Assembly: GCA_963803135.1 (NCBI GenBank) | Contig: CAWDLH010000008.1 | Location: 957,732 to 1,021,731 of the forward strand | Reading direction: 5' to 3' | Origin: an uncultured Actinomycetota bacterium | Lineage (GTDB): Bacteria > Actinomycetota > Actinomycetes > Mycobacteriales > CADCTP01 | DNA length: 64,000 bases | Part shown: one piece after another, positions 7,269-17,114 of the stretch | Layout: every line of letters starts with the position of its first letter | Numbering within the stretch: position 1 is the stretch's first letter | Position numbers and translations under genes: made by a program | The notes under the pieces: generated by a model | What the model saw: the letters and a program-made list of their open reading frames with translations, nothing else | What the model was told of the DNA's origin: nothing | Databases searched by the model: none

Positions 7269-8606
7269 CTAGCGGGGTGGGCCCTGGCGGCCGGTGGGGG
7301 GCTGGCCGGCTCCGGGCTGGGACCGTCCGGGGTATGCCGAGCCGGACGAGGGTTCCCCGTACGGTCCGGAGGACGGGCCGGTCGCCGGGGTGGTGTACTG
7401 GGCCGGGGTCGGCGGGAGCGCCCGCGGCCCGTCGTCCTCGTCCGGCAGATCGTCCTGCCCGTCCGGCGGGTCGTACGACAACCTGGCGTGCGCGGCGGCG
7501 GTCTCGCTGTCGCGGTCGGACGCCCGGATCTCCGCCTCCGGCTGCAGCCGCGCCGGCGGCAGCTTCGAGTCGAACCAGTCGCTCGTGTCGAGCGTCTCCT
7601 TCGGCGCGGTGGGCCGCCCGCCGGGCGACTTCGCCGCCTCGGTCAGCCAGGACGGCGACGCCGACCCGTCCGACGACGCTCCGGTCAGCCCGGCCAGCCC
7701 CTCCAGCGCCTTGGAGAACTCGCTCGGCACGATCCAGAGCTTGTTCGCGTCGCCCTGCGCGATCTGCGGCAAGGTCTGCAGGTATTGGTAGGCGAGCAGC
7801 TTCGGGTCGGGGTCGGACGCGTGGATCGACGCGAACACCGTCTCGATCGCCTTGGCCTGGCCCTGCGCGGCCAGGTAGCGGGCGGCCCGCTCACCCTCGG
7901 CCCGCAGGATCCGGGACTGCCGCTCGGCCTCGGCGGCGAGGATCGCGGACTGCTTGGCACCCTCGGCGGCGAGGATCTGCGCCGCCTTCTGCCCCTCGGC
8001 GGTCTTGATCGAGGACTCCCGGGCACCCTCCGACTGCAGGATGATCGCCCGCTTGTCCCGGTCGGCCCGCATCTGCTTCTCCATCGCGTCCTGGATGGAC
8101 GGCGGCGGGTCGATCGCCTTGAGCTCGACCCGGGCGACCCGGATCCCCCACTTGCCGGTGGCGTCGTCCAGCTCGCCGCGCAGCTTGGTGTTGATCTCGT
8201 CCCGGGAGGTCAGCGTCTGCTCCAGGTTCATCGCGCCGACCACGTTGCGCAGCGTGGTGACGGTGAGCTGCTCGACGGCCTGGATGTAGTTGGCGATCTC
8301 GTACGTCGCCGCCCGCGGGTCGGTGACCTGGAAGTAGATGACCGTGTCGATGTTCACGGTCAGGTTGTCCGCGGTGATCACCGGCTGCGGCGGGAACGAG
8401 ACGACCTGCTCGCGCAGGTCGATCATCTGCCGGACCCGGTCCACGAACGGGATCAGCACGTGCGGACCGGGGTCGAGGGTGCGCGAATAACTGCCCAGCC
8501 GCTCGACGACGCCCGCGCGGGCCTGCGGGACGATCCGGATGCTGCGCAGCAGTATCACGACGATGAACGCGATGACGACGAGCAGGGCGATGAGACCGGC
8601 TTCCAT
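7269..8606 (-). CDS. SPFH/band-7 (stomatin-like, QmcA-type) membrane protein with long disordered Pro/Gly-rich C-terminal tail
   Basis: N-terminal TM, then IVPQARAGVVERLGSY...LIPFVDRV...IDTVIYFQV...TLRNVVG...EINTKLR...WGIRVARVELKAIDPP. Paired with NfeD upstream. Confidence 0.9.
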   Translation of the reverse strand: MEAGLIALLVVIAFIVVILLRSIRIVPQARAGVVERLGSYSRTLDPGPHVLIPFVDRVRQMIDLREQVVSFPPQPVITADNLTVNIDTVIYFQVTDPRAATYEIANYIQAVEQLTVTTLRNVVGAMNLEQTLTSRDEINTKLRGELDDATGKWGIRVARVELKAIDPPPSIQDAMEKQMRADRDKRAIILQSEGARESSIKTAEGQKAAQILAAEGAKQSAILAAEAERQSRILRAEGERAARYLAAQGQAKAIETVFASIHASDPDPKLLAYQYLQTLPQIAQGDANKLWIVPSEFSKALEGLAGLTGASSDGSASPSWLTEAAKSPGGRPTAPKETLDTSDWFDSKLPPARLQPEAEIRASDRDSETAAAHARLSYDPPDGQDDLPDEDDGPRALPPTPAQYTTPATGPSSGPYGEPSSGSAYPGRSQPGAGQPPTGRQGPPR

Positions 8607-8653
8607 GACTGCTCCAGTGCGCTATGTGTGCCGGGTCGGTGCGGCCCGGTCTC

Positions 8654-9091
8654 TCATTCGTGTGACCACACGACGGCGGTGGCGCCGCGGATCTCCATCA
8701 CCTGCACGGTCGCGCCGACCGGCAGCACCTGCAGCGGGTCGTACGACTGGGCGGACCACTCCTCGCCGGCCAGCTTGATCCGGCCGCCGTGCTGGTCCAC
8801 GGTCCGCACCACCACCGCGTTGCGGCCCTTGAGCCCCTCGATCCCGGTGCGCTGCGCCGAGGTCAGCGGCACCTGCATCCGGCGCCGGGCCAGCGGCCGG
8901 ACCACGACGACCAGACCGAGCGAGACCACCGCGAAGACGCCTACCTGCACCGCGGCCCCGGCACCCAGCGCGGCGGCGCCGGCCGTGGCCAGCGCCGCGA
9001 TCGCCAGCATGATCAGCACGAGGTCGAGCGACAGCGCCTCGGCGATCGCCAGCACACCGGCGGCGAGGAGCCAGATCAACCACGCAGGCAC
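8654..9091 (-). CDS. NfeD-family membrane protein
   Basis: TM helices followed by a C-terminal OB-like domain (GLKGRNAVVVRTVDQHGGRIKLAGEEWSAQS...GATVQVMEIRGATAVV). I place the start at GTG 9091 (VPAWLIWLL...); the track's upstream extension is Arg/Gly junk. Confidence 0.85.
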   Translation of the reverse strand: MPAWLIWLLAAGVLAIAEALSLDLVLIMLAIAALATAGAAALGAGAAVQVGVFAVVSLGLVVVVRPLARRRMQVPLTSAQRTGIEGLKGRNAVVVRTVDQHGGRIKLAGEEWSAQSYDPLQVLPVGATVQVMEIRGATAVVWSHE

Positions 9092-9114
9092 ATCGTCATT
9101 GTTCCACCGATCGG

Positions 9115-9936
9115 CTAACCGGGGCCGCCCGCGGTCACGAAGTCGATGAGCTGTTCCACGGCTCTGAGGAGCGGAACCTCGAGATCGGCGTACGAGTCGA
9201 CGGCGGCGAGCACCCGCCGCCAGCCGTCCCGCGGACCGCCCCAGCCGAGCCGCCGGCAGACCCCGGCCTTCCAGTCCTCGTCCCGGGGCACCGCCGGCCA
9301 GGCGCGGATGCCGAGCGCGGCCGGTTTCACCGCCTGCCAGACGTCGACGTACGGGTGCCCGAGGACCAGCACGTCCGGGTCGGTGACCGCGGCGACGATC
9401 CGGCTCTCCTTGGAACCGGGGACGAGGTGGTCCACGAGCACGCCGAGCCGGTGCTGCCGGTCCGGCCGGAACGTCCGCACCGCGCCGGCGAGGTCGTCGA
9501 TCCCGTCCAGCGGCTCCACCACGACCGCCTCGATCCGCAGGTCGTCGCCCCAGACCCGCTCGACCAGCGCGGCGTCGTGCACGCCCTCGACCCAGAGCCG
9601 GCTGCCCCGGGCGACCCTGGCCGGCGCGGGCCCGACCGCGACCGACCCGGAGGCGGTCCGGCCCGGCCGGCGCGGAGCCGGCGCCGCCACCGGCCGGGTC
9701 AGCGTCACCGGCCGGCCCTCCAGCAGGAACCCGGCCGGCCCGAGCGGGAACACCCGCCGCCGCCCGTGCCGGTCCTCCAGCGTCACCGCGTCCTTCGCGC
9801 ACTCCACGACCGCGCCGCAGAAGCCGGTGGCGGCCTCCTCGACGACAAGGTCCGGCTCGGCCGGCACGCTCGGCAGGACCTTCGGCCGCCGCCAGTCACC
9901 GGCCAGCACATCGGTGCCGTAGTCGTCGCTGCGCAC
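9115..9936 (-). CDS. Conserved actinobacterial protein (DUF3097-like, cf. Rv1486c position)
   Basis: 273-aa ORF with non-repetitive composition. Its position between hemH and nfeD matches the mycobacterial arrangement. Family assignment is from memory of synteny. Confidence 0.7.
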   Translation of the reverse strand: MRSDDYGTDVLAGDWRRPKVLPSVPAEPDLVVEEAATGFCGAVVECAKDAVTLEDRHGRRRVFPLGPAGFLLEGRPVTLTRPVAAPAPRRPGRTASGSVAVGPAPARVARGSRLWVEGVHDAALVERVWGDDLRIEAVVVEPLDGIDDLAGAVRTFRPDRQHRLGVLVDHLVPGSKESRIVAAVTDPDVLVLGHPYVDVWQAVKPAALGIRAWPAVPRDEDWKAGVCRRLGWGGPRDGWRRVLAAVDSYADLEVPLLRAVEQLIDFVTAGGPG

Positions 9937-10120
9937 GCGAGCGACCGTACGGCGCGGGCCGGGCCGGGCGGCGATGACGCGCCGGCCCGGCTTGCTCCGG
10001 CAGCCGCGCTACCACCCGCTGTAGTAATTGCCACCTCGAGTGGTACGACCCACGCCGGGCATGGTGCCGCCGGCCGTGACCCGGAGGCCGGTGTCGGCGG
10101 GAGCACGTAGGGTGGCCGGC

Positions 10121-10873
10121 GTGAGGGTGCGCTCCGGGGTGCTCGCCGCCTGGACGTCGGCCTGGTTGGCCGGCGAGGCGGCGTACGACGACGTGGTCGG
10201 CCGGGTCACCGGCGCCGACGAGCCGCACCGGGTGACCGGATTGCCCGGGGCGGACGGCGAGACGCCGCTGGGCTGGGCGCTGCCGGTGCTGCGCGAGCGG
10301 TCGCCGGAGGGCGTGCGGGCGGTCCTGCCGGTGGCCGGCGACCCGCGCGGGCTGCCGGGTCCCGGACCGTTCACGACCGCGGCGCTGGCGGCCGGCGAGG
10401 CGGTCGTCGGCCGCGGCCTCGGGCTCGTCCCACGGGTCACCGAGCACGGCCCGGCCGCGGACCGCACCTGCTCGGTGCTGTGGACCGCGTACGAGGTGGC
10501 CGAGCCGGCGCCGGACCCGCTCACCGTGCCCGAGGCCGAGCACGAGCTGACCGCCGCCACCCGGGAGGCCGCGTCCGCGCTGGCCGCGCTCGACGTGGCC
10601 AGCTGGCGGCCGGAGGTGGCCGACGAGCTGGCCAGGATGCGCCGCGGGGTCACCCCGGAGCTGCCGCCCGGACACGACGGCCGGGCGGTCCGGCTGCTCG
10701 CCAGCGCCGACCGGCTGGCTGCCGTGCTCGACCTGGCCCGGGCCGACGCGCCCGGCGGCGCCATCACCGTGGCCGAGGCCCGCGCCCGCGACGACGTGCT
10801 CCGTCCACTTGGGACAGCCGTCCGCCGCGCCCGCCAGGCCGCCTACAACGCGGTTCCGTCCCGCCGCCGTTGA
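10121..10873 (+). CDS. Hypothetical protein (conserved-looking, no recognisable motif)
   Basis: The only coherent frame in this interval. I place the start tentatively at GTG 10121 (VRVRSGVLAAW...); the track starts it at 10028. Confidence 0.55.
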   Translation: MRVRSGVLAAWTSAWLAGEAAYDDVVGRVTGADEPHRVTGLPGADGETPLGWALPVLRERSPEGVRAVLPVAGDPRGLPGPGPFTTAALAAGEAVVGRGLGLVPRVTEHGPAADRTCSVLWTAYEVAEPAPDPLTVPEAEHELTAATREAASALAALDVASWRPEVADELARMRRGVTPELPPGHDGRAVRLLASADRLAAVLDLARADAPGGAITVAEARARDDVLRPLGTAVRRARQAAYNAVPSRRR

Positions 10874-10907
10874 GGCCGGTCCACTTCGGACGTCCGAGGT
10901 GGACTTC

Positions 10908-11918
10908 TCAGGTCCGGCGCGGAGCCGGGCAGCAGTCCAGCGGGCACACGTCGTGGCTCGGGCCCATCGGTCCCAGCGCGAGCCTGGGCGCGCCGAGCGT
11001 CCGCTCCTCGACCAGCTGGCGCACCATCCGGACGAACCGCGGGTCGGTGCCGACGGTCGCCGCCCGGGCGTAGTCGAGCCCGAGCTTCGCCGCGGTCGCA
11101 GCCGCCTCCTCGTCCAGGTCCCAGAGCACCTCGACGTGGTCGGAGACGAAGCCGATCGGCGACACCACGACCGAGCGCGTACCGGCCTCGGCCAGCGCGG
11201 CCAGGTGGTCGTTGACGTCCGGCTCGAGCCAGGGCACCGACGGCGGCCCGGACCGGGACTGCCAGACCAGGTCGAAGGCGGCGCCCGGACCGCGGACCGC
11301 CTCCGCGACCAGCCGCGAGGCCTCCCGCAGTTGCGCGGTGTAGAGGTGGCCGCCCGGCCCGCTGGACACCTCCATCGACATCGGGATCGAGTGCGCGGTG
11401 AAGACCAGCCGGGCGTCCGGCCGGCCGGCCAATGCGGCCCGCACGCCGTCCGCGGCCGGCTCCACGAACCCGGGGTGGTTGAAGTAGTGCCGCAGCTTGT
11501 CCAGCTCCGGAGCGCCCTCCCCCGCCGCGGCCCGAGCCCGGGCCAGGTCGTCCTGATACTGCCGGCATCCCGAGTACGACGTGTACGCGCTCGTCACGAA
11601 CACCAGTGCGCGCCGTACCCCGTCGTCGCGCATGGTCGCGACCGTGTCCTCGACCAGCGGGTCCCAGTTGCGGTTGCCCCAGTAGACCGGCAGGCCGGTC
11701 TCGGCCCGGATCGCCGCGAGCAGCGTCCGGTTCTGCTCGTTGATCGGCGACACCCCGCCGAAGTGCGAGTAGTGCCCGGCCACCTCGAGCAGCCGGTCCC
11801 GCGGCACGCCCCGCCCGCGTACGACGTTCTCCAGGAACGGCAGGACGTCGTCCGGTCCCTCCGGACCGCCGAAGGACAGCAGCAGCAGCGCGTCGTACCG
11901 GACAGGCTCGGGGCTCAC
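10908..11918 (-). CDS. hemH: Ferrochelatase (coproporphyrin ferrochelatase type)
   Basis: [25 protein letters not shown]...; C-terminal Cys cluster (CPLDCCP) as in actinobacterial [2Fe-2S] ferrochelatases. Adjacent to inhA/fabG1 as in M. tuberculosis. Confidence 0.92.
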   Translation of the reverse strand: MSPEPVRYDALLLLSFGGPEGPDDVLPFLENVVRGRGVPRDRLLEVAGHYSHFGGVSPINEQNRTLLAAIRAETGLPVYWGNRNWDPLVEDTVATMRDDGVRRALVFVTSAYTSYSGCRQYQDDLARARAAAGEGAPELDKLRHYFNHPGFVEPAADGVRAALAGRPDARLVFTAHSIPMSMEVSSGPGGHLYTAQLREASRLVAEAVRGPGAAFDLVWQSRSGPPSVPWLEPDVNDHLAALAEAGTRSVVVSPIGFVSDHVEVLWDLDEEAAATAAKLGLDYARAATVGTDPRFVRMVRQLVEERTLGAPRLALGPMGPSHDVCPLDCCPAPRRT

Positions 11919-11928
11919 CCCGTCATGT

Positions 11929-12696
11929 CTACACGCCGGTCGCGTGGAACCCGCCGTCGGCGTGCACGATCTCGCCGGTCACCGCGGGCGTCCAGTCCGA
12001 CAGCAGCGCCACGCAGGTGCGGGCGACCGGCTCCGGGTCGGTGACGTCCCAACCCAGCGGCGCCCGCTCGTCCCAGACGTCCTCGAACCGGCTGAACCCC
12101 GGGATCGACCGGGCCGCCATCGTCCGCAGCGGCCCGGCGGCCACGAGGTTGACCCGCACGCCGCGCGGTCCCAGCTCGCGGGCCGTGTACCGGGCGGCCG
12201 ACTCCATCCCGGCCTTGGCCACGCCCATCCAGTCGTACGCGGGCCAGGAGACCGTCGCGTCGAAGGTGAGCCCGACGATCGAGCCGCCCCGCTCCGGCAG
12301 CAGCGGCAGTACCGCCCTCGCCAGCGCGGGCAGCGAGTACGTCGACACGTGCACTGCGGTCGCGACGTCGTCCCACGGCGTCTCCAGGAAACCGCCGCCG
12401 AGGGCGGACGGCGGCGCGTACCCGATCGAGTGCAGGACACCGTCGATCCCGTCCACGTGCCCGCGCACCCGGTCGGGCAGCGCGGCCAGGTCGTCCGCGC
12501 TGGTCACATCCAGCTCGACCACCGGCGCCGGCCCGGGCAGCTTCTTCGCCACCCGCTCCACCAGCGTGAGCCGGCCGAAGCCGGTGAGCACCACCGAGGC
12601 GCCCTGCTCGATCGCCACCCTGGCCACCGAGAACGCGATCGAGGCGTCGGTGATCACTCCGGTGATCAGCAGCCGCTTGCCGTCGAGCAGACCCAT
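11929..12696 (-). CDS. inhA: NADH-dependent enoyl-ACP reductase
   Basis: [33 protein letters not shown]...[13 protein letters not shown]...; classic InhA/FabI sequence and fabG1-inhA operon order. Confidence 0.93.
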   Translation of the reverse strand: MGLLDGKRLLITGVITDASIAFSVARVAIEQGASVVLTGFGRLTLVERVAKKLPGPAPVVELDVTSADDLAALPDRVRGHVDGIDGVLHSIGYAPPSALGGGFLETPWDDVATAVHVSTYSLPALARAVLPLLPERGGSIVGLTFDATVSWPAYDWMGVAKAGMESAARYTARELGPRGVRVNLVAAGPLRTMAARSIPGFSRFEDVWDERAPLGWDVTDPEPVARTCVALLSDWTPAVTGEIVHADGGFHATGV

Positions 12697-12697
12697 C

Positions 12698-13402
12698 TCA
12701 GTGCCCCATCCCCAGTCCGCCGTCCACCGGGACCACGGCCCCGGTGATGTACGAGGCGGCGTCCGAGGCCAGGAACGTGACCACCCCGGCCACCTCGTCC
12801 GGGGTCGCCAGCCGCTGCAGCGCGACCTGGGTCTTTATCGTGGCCACCTGGTCCTCGGGCAGCGCCGCGGTCATGTCGGTCTGCACGAAGCCGGGCAGCA
12901 CCACGTTGACCGTGATCCCGCGGGAGCCGAGCTCCCGGGCCAGCGACCGGCCGAACCCGATCAACCCCGCCTTGGCCGCCGCGTAGTTGGTCTGCCCGCT
13001 GCTGCCGGTCAACGCCACGACCGAGGACACCAGCACGATCCGGCCGGACCGGGCCCGCAGCATCTTCCCCGCCGCCCGCTTGCACACCCGGTACGCCGCG
13101 GTGAGGTTGGCGTCGAGCACCCGGGTGAACTGCTGCTCGCTCATCCGCAGCAGCAGCGTGTCGTCGGTCATCCCCGCGTTCGACACGAGCACCTCGACCG
13201 GCCCGTGCTCGGCCTCGACCGCGGTGAACGCGGCGTCCACCGCGGCGCTGTCGGTGACGTCGCACTCCACCCCGAACACCCCCTCCGGTGGACCGGAGGC
13301 GCGGTGGGTCACGGCGACCTTGTCGCCCTGGTCGGCGAACGCCCGCGCGATCGCGAGGCCGATGCCGCGGTTGCCACCGGTCACGAGCACGGATCGGGTC
13401 AC
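12698..13402 (-). CDS. fabG: 3-oxoacyl-ACP reductase (MabA/FabG1 type)
   Basis: SVLVTGGNRGIGLAIARAF...FGVECDVTD...NYAAAKAGLIGF...PVDGGLGMGH is near-collinear with the MabA sequence as I recall it. I place the start at GTG 13402; the rest of track ORF 12698..14326 is antisense junk. Confidence 0.93.
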   Translation of the reverse strand: MTRSVLVTGGNRGIGLAIARAFADQGDKVAVTHRASGPPEGVFGVECDVTDSAAVDAAFTAVEAEHGPVEVLVSNAGMTDDTLLLRMSEQQFTRVLDANLTAAYRVCKRAAGKMLRARSGRIVLVSSVVALTGSSGQTNYAAAKAGLIGFGRSLARELGSRGITVNVVLPGFVQTDMTAALPEDQVATIKTQVALQRLATPDEVAGVVTFLASDAASYITGAVVPVDGGLGMGH

Positions 13403-13426
13403 GGAGGCGAACCCTATAGTCCAGCC

Positions 13427-14383
13427 ATGCGCGGCATCCAGATCACCCGGTTCGGCGGCCCCGAGGTGCTGGCGACGGTCGAGCTGCCCGAACCGCAGCC
13501 GGCCGCCGGGATGGCGGTCTACGACGTCACCGCGGCCGGGGTCAACTACGCCGACACCCACCAGACCGAGGACAGCTACCTGGCCCCGCAGCAGCTGCCG
13601 CTGGTGCCCGGCGCCGAGTTCGCCGGGACCGGTCCGGACGGGCGCCGGGTGGTCGGCCTCGTCGGCGGCGGCGGGTACGCCGAGAAGGTCGCGGCCGCCG
13701 ACGTGCTGGTCTGGCCGATCCCGGACGGCGTGCCCGACGGCGCGGCGCTGGCCGTCGTGCTGCAGGGCGCCACCGCGTGGCACGTGCTGCGGACCTGCGC
13801 GCACCTCGCCGCCGGGGAGTCGGTCGTCGTGCACGCGGCCGCCGGCGGGGTCGGCACGGTCGCGGTCCAGCTGGCCAGGGCATGGGGCGCCGGCCGGGTG
13901 ATCGCGACCGCGTCGTCGGCGGAGAAGCGGGACCTGGCGCTGTCGCTCGGTGCCGACGCGGCCGTCGACCCGGCCGCGGAGGACCTCACCGCGGCGCTGC
14001 GGCAGGCCAACGGCGGGCCCCGGGTGGACGTGGTGCTGGAGATGACCGGCGGTCCGGTGTTCGACGCGAGCCTGCGGGCGCTGGCGCCGTTCGGCCGGCT
14101 CGTCACGTACGGGATGGCGTCGCGGACGCCGCCCACCCCGGTCGACCCGGGGAACCTGATGGCCCACTCGTCCGCGGTGATCGGCTTCTGGTTGGCGCAC
14201 TGCTTCCGCGACCCGGCCCGCTGGCTGGACGGGCCGGTGACCGAGCTGCTGGCCATGCTCGCCGACGGGCGGCTGCGGGCGGTCGTGGGCGGGACGTACC
14301 CGCTGAGCGAGGCGGCCGAGGCGCACCGCGCGCTGCTGGCCCGGCGGAGCACCGGCAAGCTGGTGCTCGACCCGCGCCGGTGA
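13427..14383 (+). CDS. Zinc-type/MDR-family NADPH:quinone oxidoreductase
   Basis: MRGIQITRFGGPEVL...AAGVNYADTH...VVVHAAAGGVGTVAVQLA...STGKLVLDP. I place the start at ATG 13427, inside the long track ORF 12017..14383. Confidence 0.85.
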   Translation: MRGIQITRFGGPEVLATVELPEPQPAAGMAVYDVTAAGVNYADTHQTEDSYLAPQQLPLVPGAEFAGTGPDGRRVVGLVGGGGYAEKVAAADVLVWPIPDGVPDGAALAVVLQGATAWHVLRTCAHLAAGESVVVHAAAGGVGTVAVQLARAWGAGRVIATASSAEKRDLALSLGADAAVDPAAEDLTAALRQANGGPRVDVVLEMTGGPVFDASLRALAPFGRLVTYGMASRTPPTPVDPGNLMAHSSAVIGFWLAHCFRDPARWLDGPVTELLAMLADGRLRAVVGGTYPLSEAAEAHRALLARRSTGKLVLDPRR

Positions 14384-14455
14384 CCGCTGCTGCGGACGGG
14401 TGAGCGCCGGCCGTCTCCTTGGGACACGGCCGCGCAGGCGACTACGGTGCTCGCC

Positions 14456-15601
14456 ATGCAGTCCCTCGAGGGTGGCGCCGCCGGGCCGAACGGTCGGGAC
14501 AGCCGGACCGTCCGGTCCGCCGAGCAGGAGGACCCGGCCGGGCCGGATCCGTTCTCCGGGCGCGGCTCGCTGATGTCGCGCTATCGCGGGGCCGGGCCGG
14601 GGTCCGGCGCCGAGGACCAGGCCGTACCGCCGCTGCCGCGCCCGGGCGAGGCGCCCGGCTCCCCGCCGGCGTCGGCGCCGGCCGGCGGGCCGGCCACTCC
14701 CGCAACGCCACCGGCCGGCGGGCCGGCCACTCCCGGAACGCCACCGGCCGGCGGGCCGGCCACTCCCGGAATGCCACCGGCCGGCGGGCCGGCCACTCCC
14801 GGAACGCCACCGGCCGGCGGGCCGGCCACTCCCGGAACGCCACCGGCCGGCGGGCCGGCCAATCCCGGAACGCCACCGGCCGGTGGATCAGTCACTCCCG
14901 GGACGCCGCCGGCCGGCGCACCGGACAACCCGTGGCGGCAGTCGAGCTGGACGTCCGCCCCGCCGGTGCCGCCCGCTCGCCCGGCGCCCGCTCCCCCGGC
15001 GCCCGCCACCCGGCCCGCCACCCCGCCGGCCGGTCCCTCCTCGTCAGCCCCCGCCACGGACAAGCCCGCGGACACTCCGGCCGACAAGCCCGCCGGCACT
15101 CCGGCCGACAAGCCCGCCGACAAGCCCGCGGACCGACCCACCGCGGACCGGCTCGGGTCGGACCGCTCGACCGGCGACACCGAGCCTGCCGGCGCGGACG
15201 GGTCGGCGGGCGCGGGCAGGCCGACCACCGGCGCGCCCCCGGCAGCCACCGCGCCGACCCCCGGCAGCGCGAGCACGCCGGCGAGCGGGACCGCGGTGAC
15301 CGTCACCCGGGGCACCGCACCCGGTTCGGCCGCGGCCCGGGGCCTGCTCCGCGCCGAACGGGCCGCCGAGTTCACCCGGCGCTGGCGCGACCTGCAGGCC
15401 GACTTCGTCGACGACCCGCAGTCGGCCGTGCGCGGCGCCGGCGACCTGTCCCGGGAGATCCTCCAGGCGCTGTCCGACACGATCGCGGACGCCGAGCGGG
15501 TGGACCGCTGGAAGGCCGAGGACGGCACCAGCGGCACCGAGGACCTCCGGATCGCCCTGCGGCAGTACCGCACGCTCGTCGACCGACTGCTCGAGCTCTA
15601 G
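14456..15601 (+). CDS. Pro/Ala/Gly-rich repeat protein with conserved C-terminal helical domain
   Basis: The C-terminus RWRDLQADFVDDPQSAVRGAGDLSREILQALSDTIA... is a motif I recall from small actinobacterial proteins of unknown function. The central part is tandem PPAGGPATPGT repeats. Start is ATG 14456 or GTG 14447. Confidence 0.65.
   Translation: MQSLEGGAAGPNGRDSRTVRSAEQEDPAGPDPFSGRGSLMSRYRGAGPGSGAEDQAVPPLPRPGEAPGSPPASAPAGGPATPATPPAGGPATPGTPPAGGPATPGMPPAGGPATPGTPPAGGPATPGTPPAGGPANPGTPPAGGSVTPGTPPAGAPDNPWRQSSWTSAPPVPPARPAPAPPAPATRPATPPAGPSSSAPATDKPADTPADKPAGTPADKPADKPADRPTADRLGSDRSTGDTEPAGADGSAGAGRPTTGAPPAATAPTPGSASTPASGTAVTVTRGTAPGSAAARGLLRAERAAEFTRRWRDLQADFVDDPQSAVRGAGDLSREILQALSDTIADAERVDRWKAEDGTSGTEDLRIALRQYRTLVDRLLEL
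14680..14912. repeat. 33-nt tandem repeat x7 (in frame, encodes PPAGGPATPGT)
   Basis: GGCCGGCGGGCCGGCCACTCCCGGAACGCCACC is repeated head-to-tail with a few substitutions. Confidence 0.9.
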
Positions 15602-16149
15602 CGTCGCCCCGCCTCCCGCATCAGCAGCAGCGCGTACGCGGCCAGCGTGCTGTCGTCGGTCACCCGTCCGGACCGGACCAGCTCCTCGAACTCGGCCCGG
15701 CTGACCCGCCGCTGCCGCATGTCCTGCTCGGACGGCTCCCGGGCCGGCGGCCCCGGGGTCAGCTCGGTGGCCAGGAACACGTCGAACGCCTGGCTGCTCA
15801 TCCCGTACGCGCAGTGCAGGTGCCCGAGCAGCTCGAGCGAGCCCGCGTGCAGCCCGGTCTCCTCGGCCAGCTCGGCTCGGGCCAGCTCGGCCGGCGCGAC
15901 CGCGCCACCGCCGGCCGCGGTCCCTTGCGGGAACTCCCAGTAGCGCCCGCGGACCGGGTAGCGGTACTGCTCGACCAGGTGGAAGCCGTCCGGTTCGGCC
16001 GGGACGACCAGCGCGAAGTCGGGCTTGTCGACGACCGAGTAGATCCCGTCCGACCCGTCCGGCCGGCGCACCACGTCCTCCCGCAGCGACAGCCACGGAT
16101 TCCGGTAGACCTCCCGGGTGGACAGCTGCTCGATGATCTCCCCGCTCAC
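15598..16149 (-). CDS. NUDIX hydrolase (ADP-ribose pyrophosphatase-like)
   Basis: Nudix box region GTAAGGGAVAPAELARAELAEETGL. GTG 16149 overlaps the VWA stop (GTGA). The rest of track ORF 15598..17082 is out-of-frame junk. Confidence 0.85.
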   Translation of the reverse strand: MSGEIIEQLSTREVYRNPWLSLREDVVRRPDGSDGIYSVVDKPDFALVVPAEPDGFHLVEQYRYPVRGRYWEFPQGTAAGGGAVAPAELARAELAEETGLHAGSLELLGHLHCAYGMSSQAFDVFLATELTPGPPAREPSEQDMRQRRVSRAEFEELVRSGRVTDDSTLAAYALLLMREAGRR

Positions 16150-17114
16150 AGCAGCCGATTGGACCACAGCAGCGAGATGCCGGCCGCGCCGAAGGCGAAC
16201 AGCAGCCCGATGCCGACGAACCAGGTGGTGATCTCCCGGCGCTCGGTCGTGTAGCCGATCTGGCTGCCCAGGTCGCGGTAGACGTTGCTCAGCTCCTCGG
16301 CCGACGCCGCGGCGTAGTAGCTGCCGCCGGTGCCGTCCGCGATCTCCTTGAGCTTCTCGTGGTCGACGGGGACGACGACCCGCTGCCCCTCCAGGTCGAT
16401 GTAACCGGTGTCGGTGCCGAACGCGATCGTCGAGACCGGCACCGCGGCCTGCTTGGCCGCGCCGACCGCCTGCTCCGGGCTGCGGCCCCACGTGTTGCTG
16501 CCGTCGGACAGCAGCACGATCCGGGCCGGTGCGTTGCCCTCCGCCGGGTCGTTGCCCTGCAGCTGGGCCTGGAAGGCCTTGATCGCGTCGAGCGAGGAGA
16601 AGATCGCCTCGCCGATCGCGGTCCGCTCGGCCAGCTCGACGTTGTCGATCGCCCGCATCACCGAGGCCCGGTCGGTGGTCGGCGAGACCGCGACCGTCGC
16701 GGTGCCGGAGAACGTGACCAGCCCGAGGTTGATCCGCGGCGGCAGCAGCCCGACGAACTCCTTGGCCGCCGCCTGCGCCGCTTCCAGCCGGTTGGGGCTG
16801 ACGTCCTCCGCCCGCATCGACAGCGACACGTCGATCGCCATCATCACCGTGGCCCGGTCCCGCGGGACCTTGGTGTCCTTGGTCGGCTTGGCCATCGCCG
16901 TGGTCAGCGAGGCCAGCGCGACCAGCAGCGCGGCAAACGCGAGGTGCCGCCGCCAGCCGGGTCGCTTCGGAGCCAGCTTGCCGAGCAGGTCCAGGTTCGC
17001 GAAGCGCACCGCGTACGCCCGGCGACGCAGCTGTAGCAGCAGGTAGACCGCCAGCAGCGCGGCGACCCCGAGCAGCAGCCACAACCAGCCCGGCGAGAGG
17101 AACGTGTGGGTCAC
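16146..17114 (-). CDS. VWA-domain membrane protein (BatA-like)
   Basis: N- and C-terminal TM helices. MIDAS region VMMAIDVSLSM...TAIGEAI...IVLLSDGSNT. Confidence 0.9.
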   Translation of the reverse strand: MTHTFLSPGWLWLLLGVAALLAVYLLLQLRRRAYAVRFANLDLLGKLAPKRPGWRRHLAFAALLVALASLTTAMAKPTKDTKVPRDRATVMMAIDVSLSMRAEDVSPNRLEAAQAAAKEFVGLLPPRINLGLVTFSGTATVAVSPTTDRASVMRAIDNVELAERTAIGEAIFSSLDAIKAFQAQLQGNDPAEGNAPARIVLLSDGSNTWGRSPEQAVGAAKQAAVPVSTIAFGTDTGYIDLEGQRVVVPVDHEKLKEIADGTGGSYYAAASAEELSNVYRDLGSQIGYTTERREITTWFVGIGLLFAFGAAGISLLWSNRLL

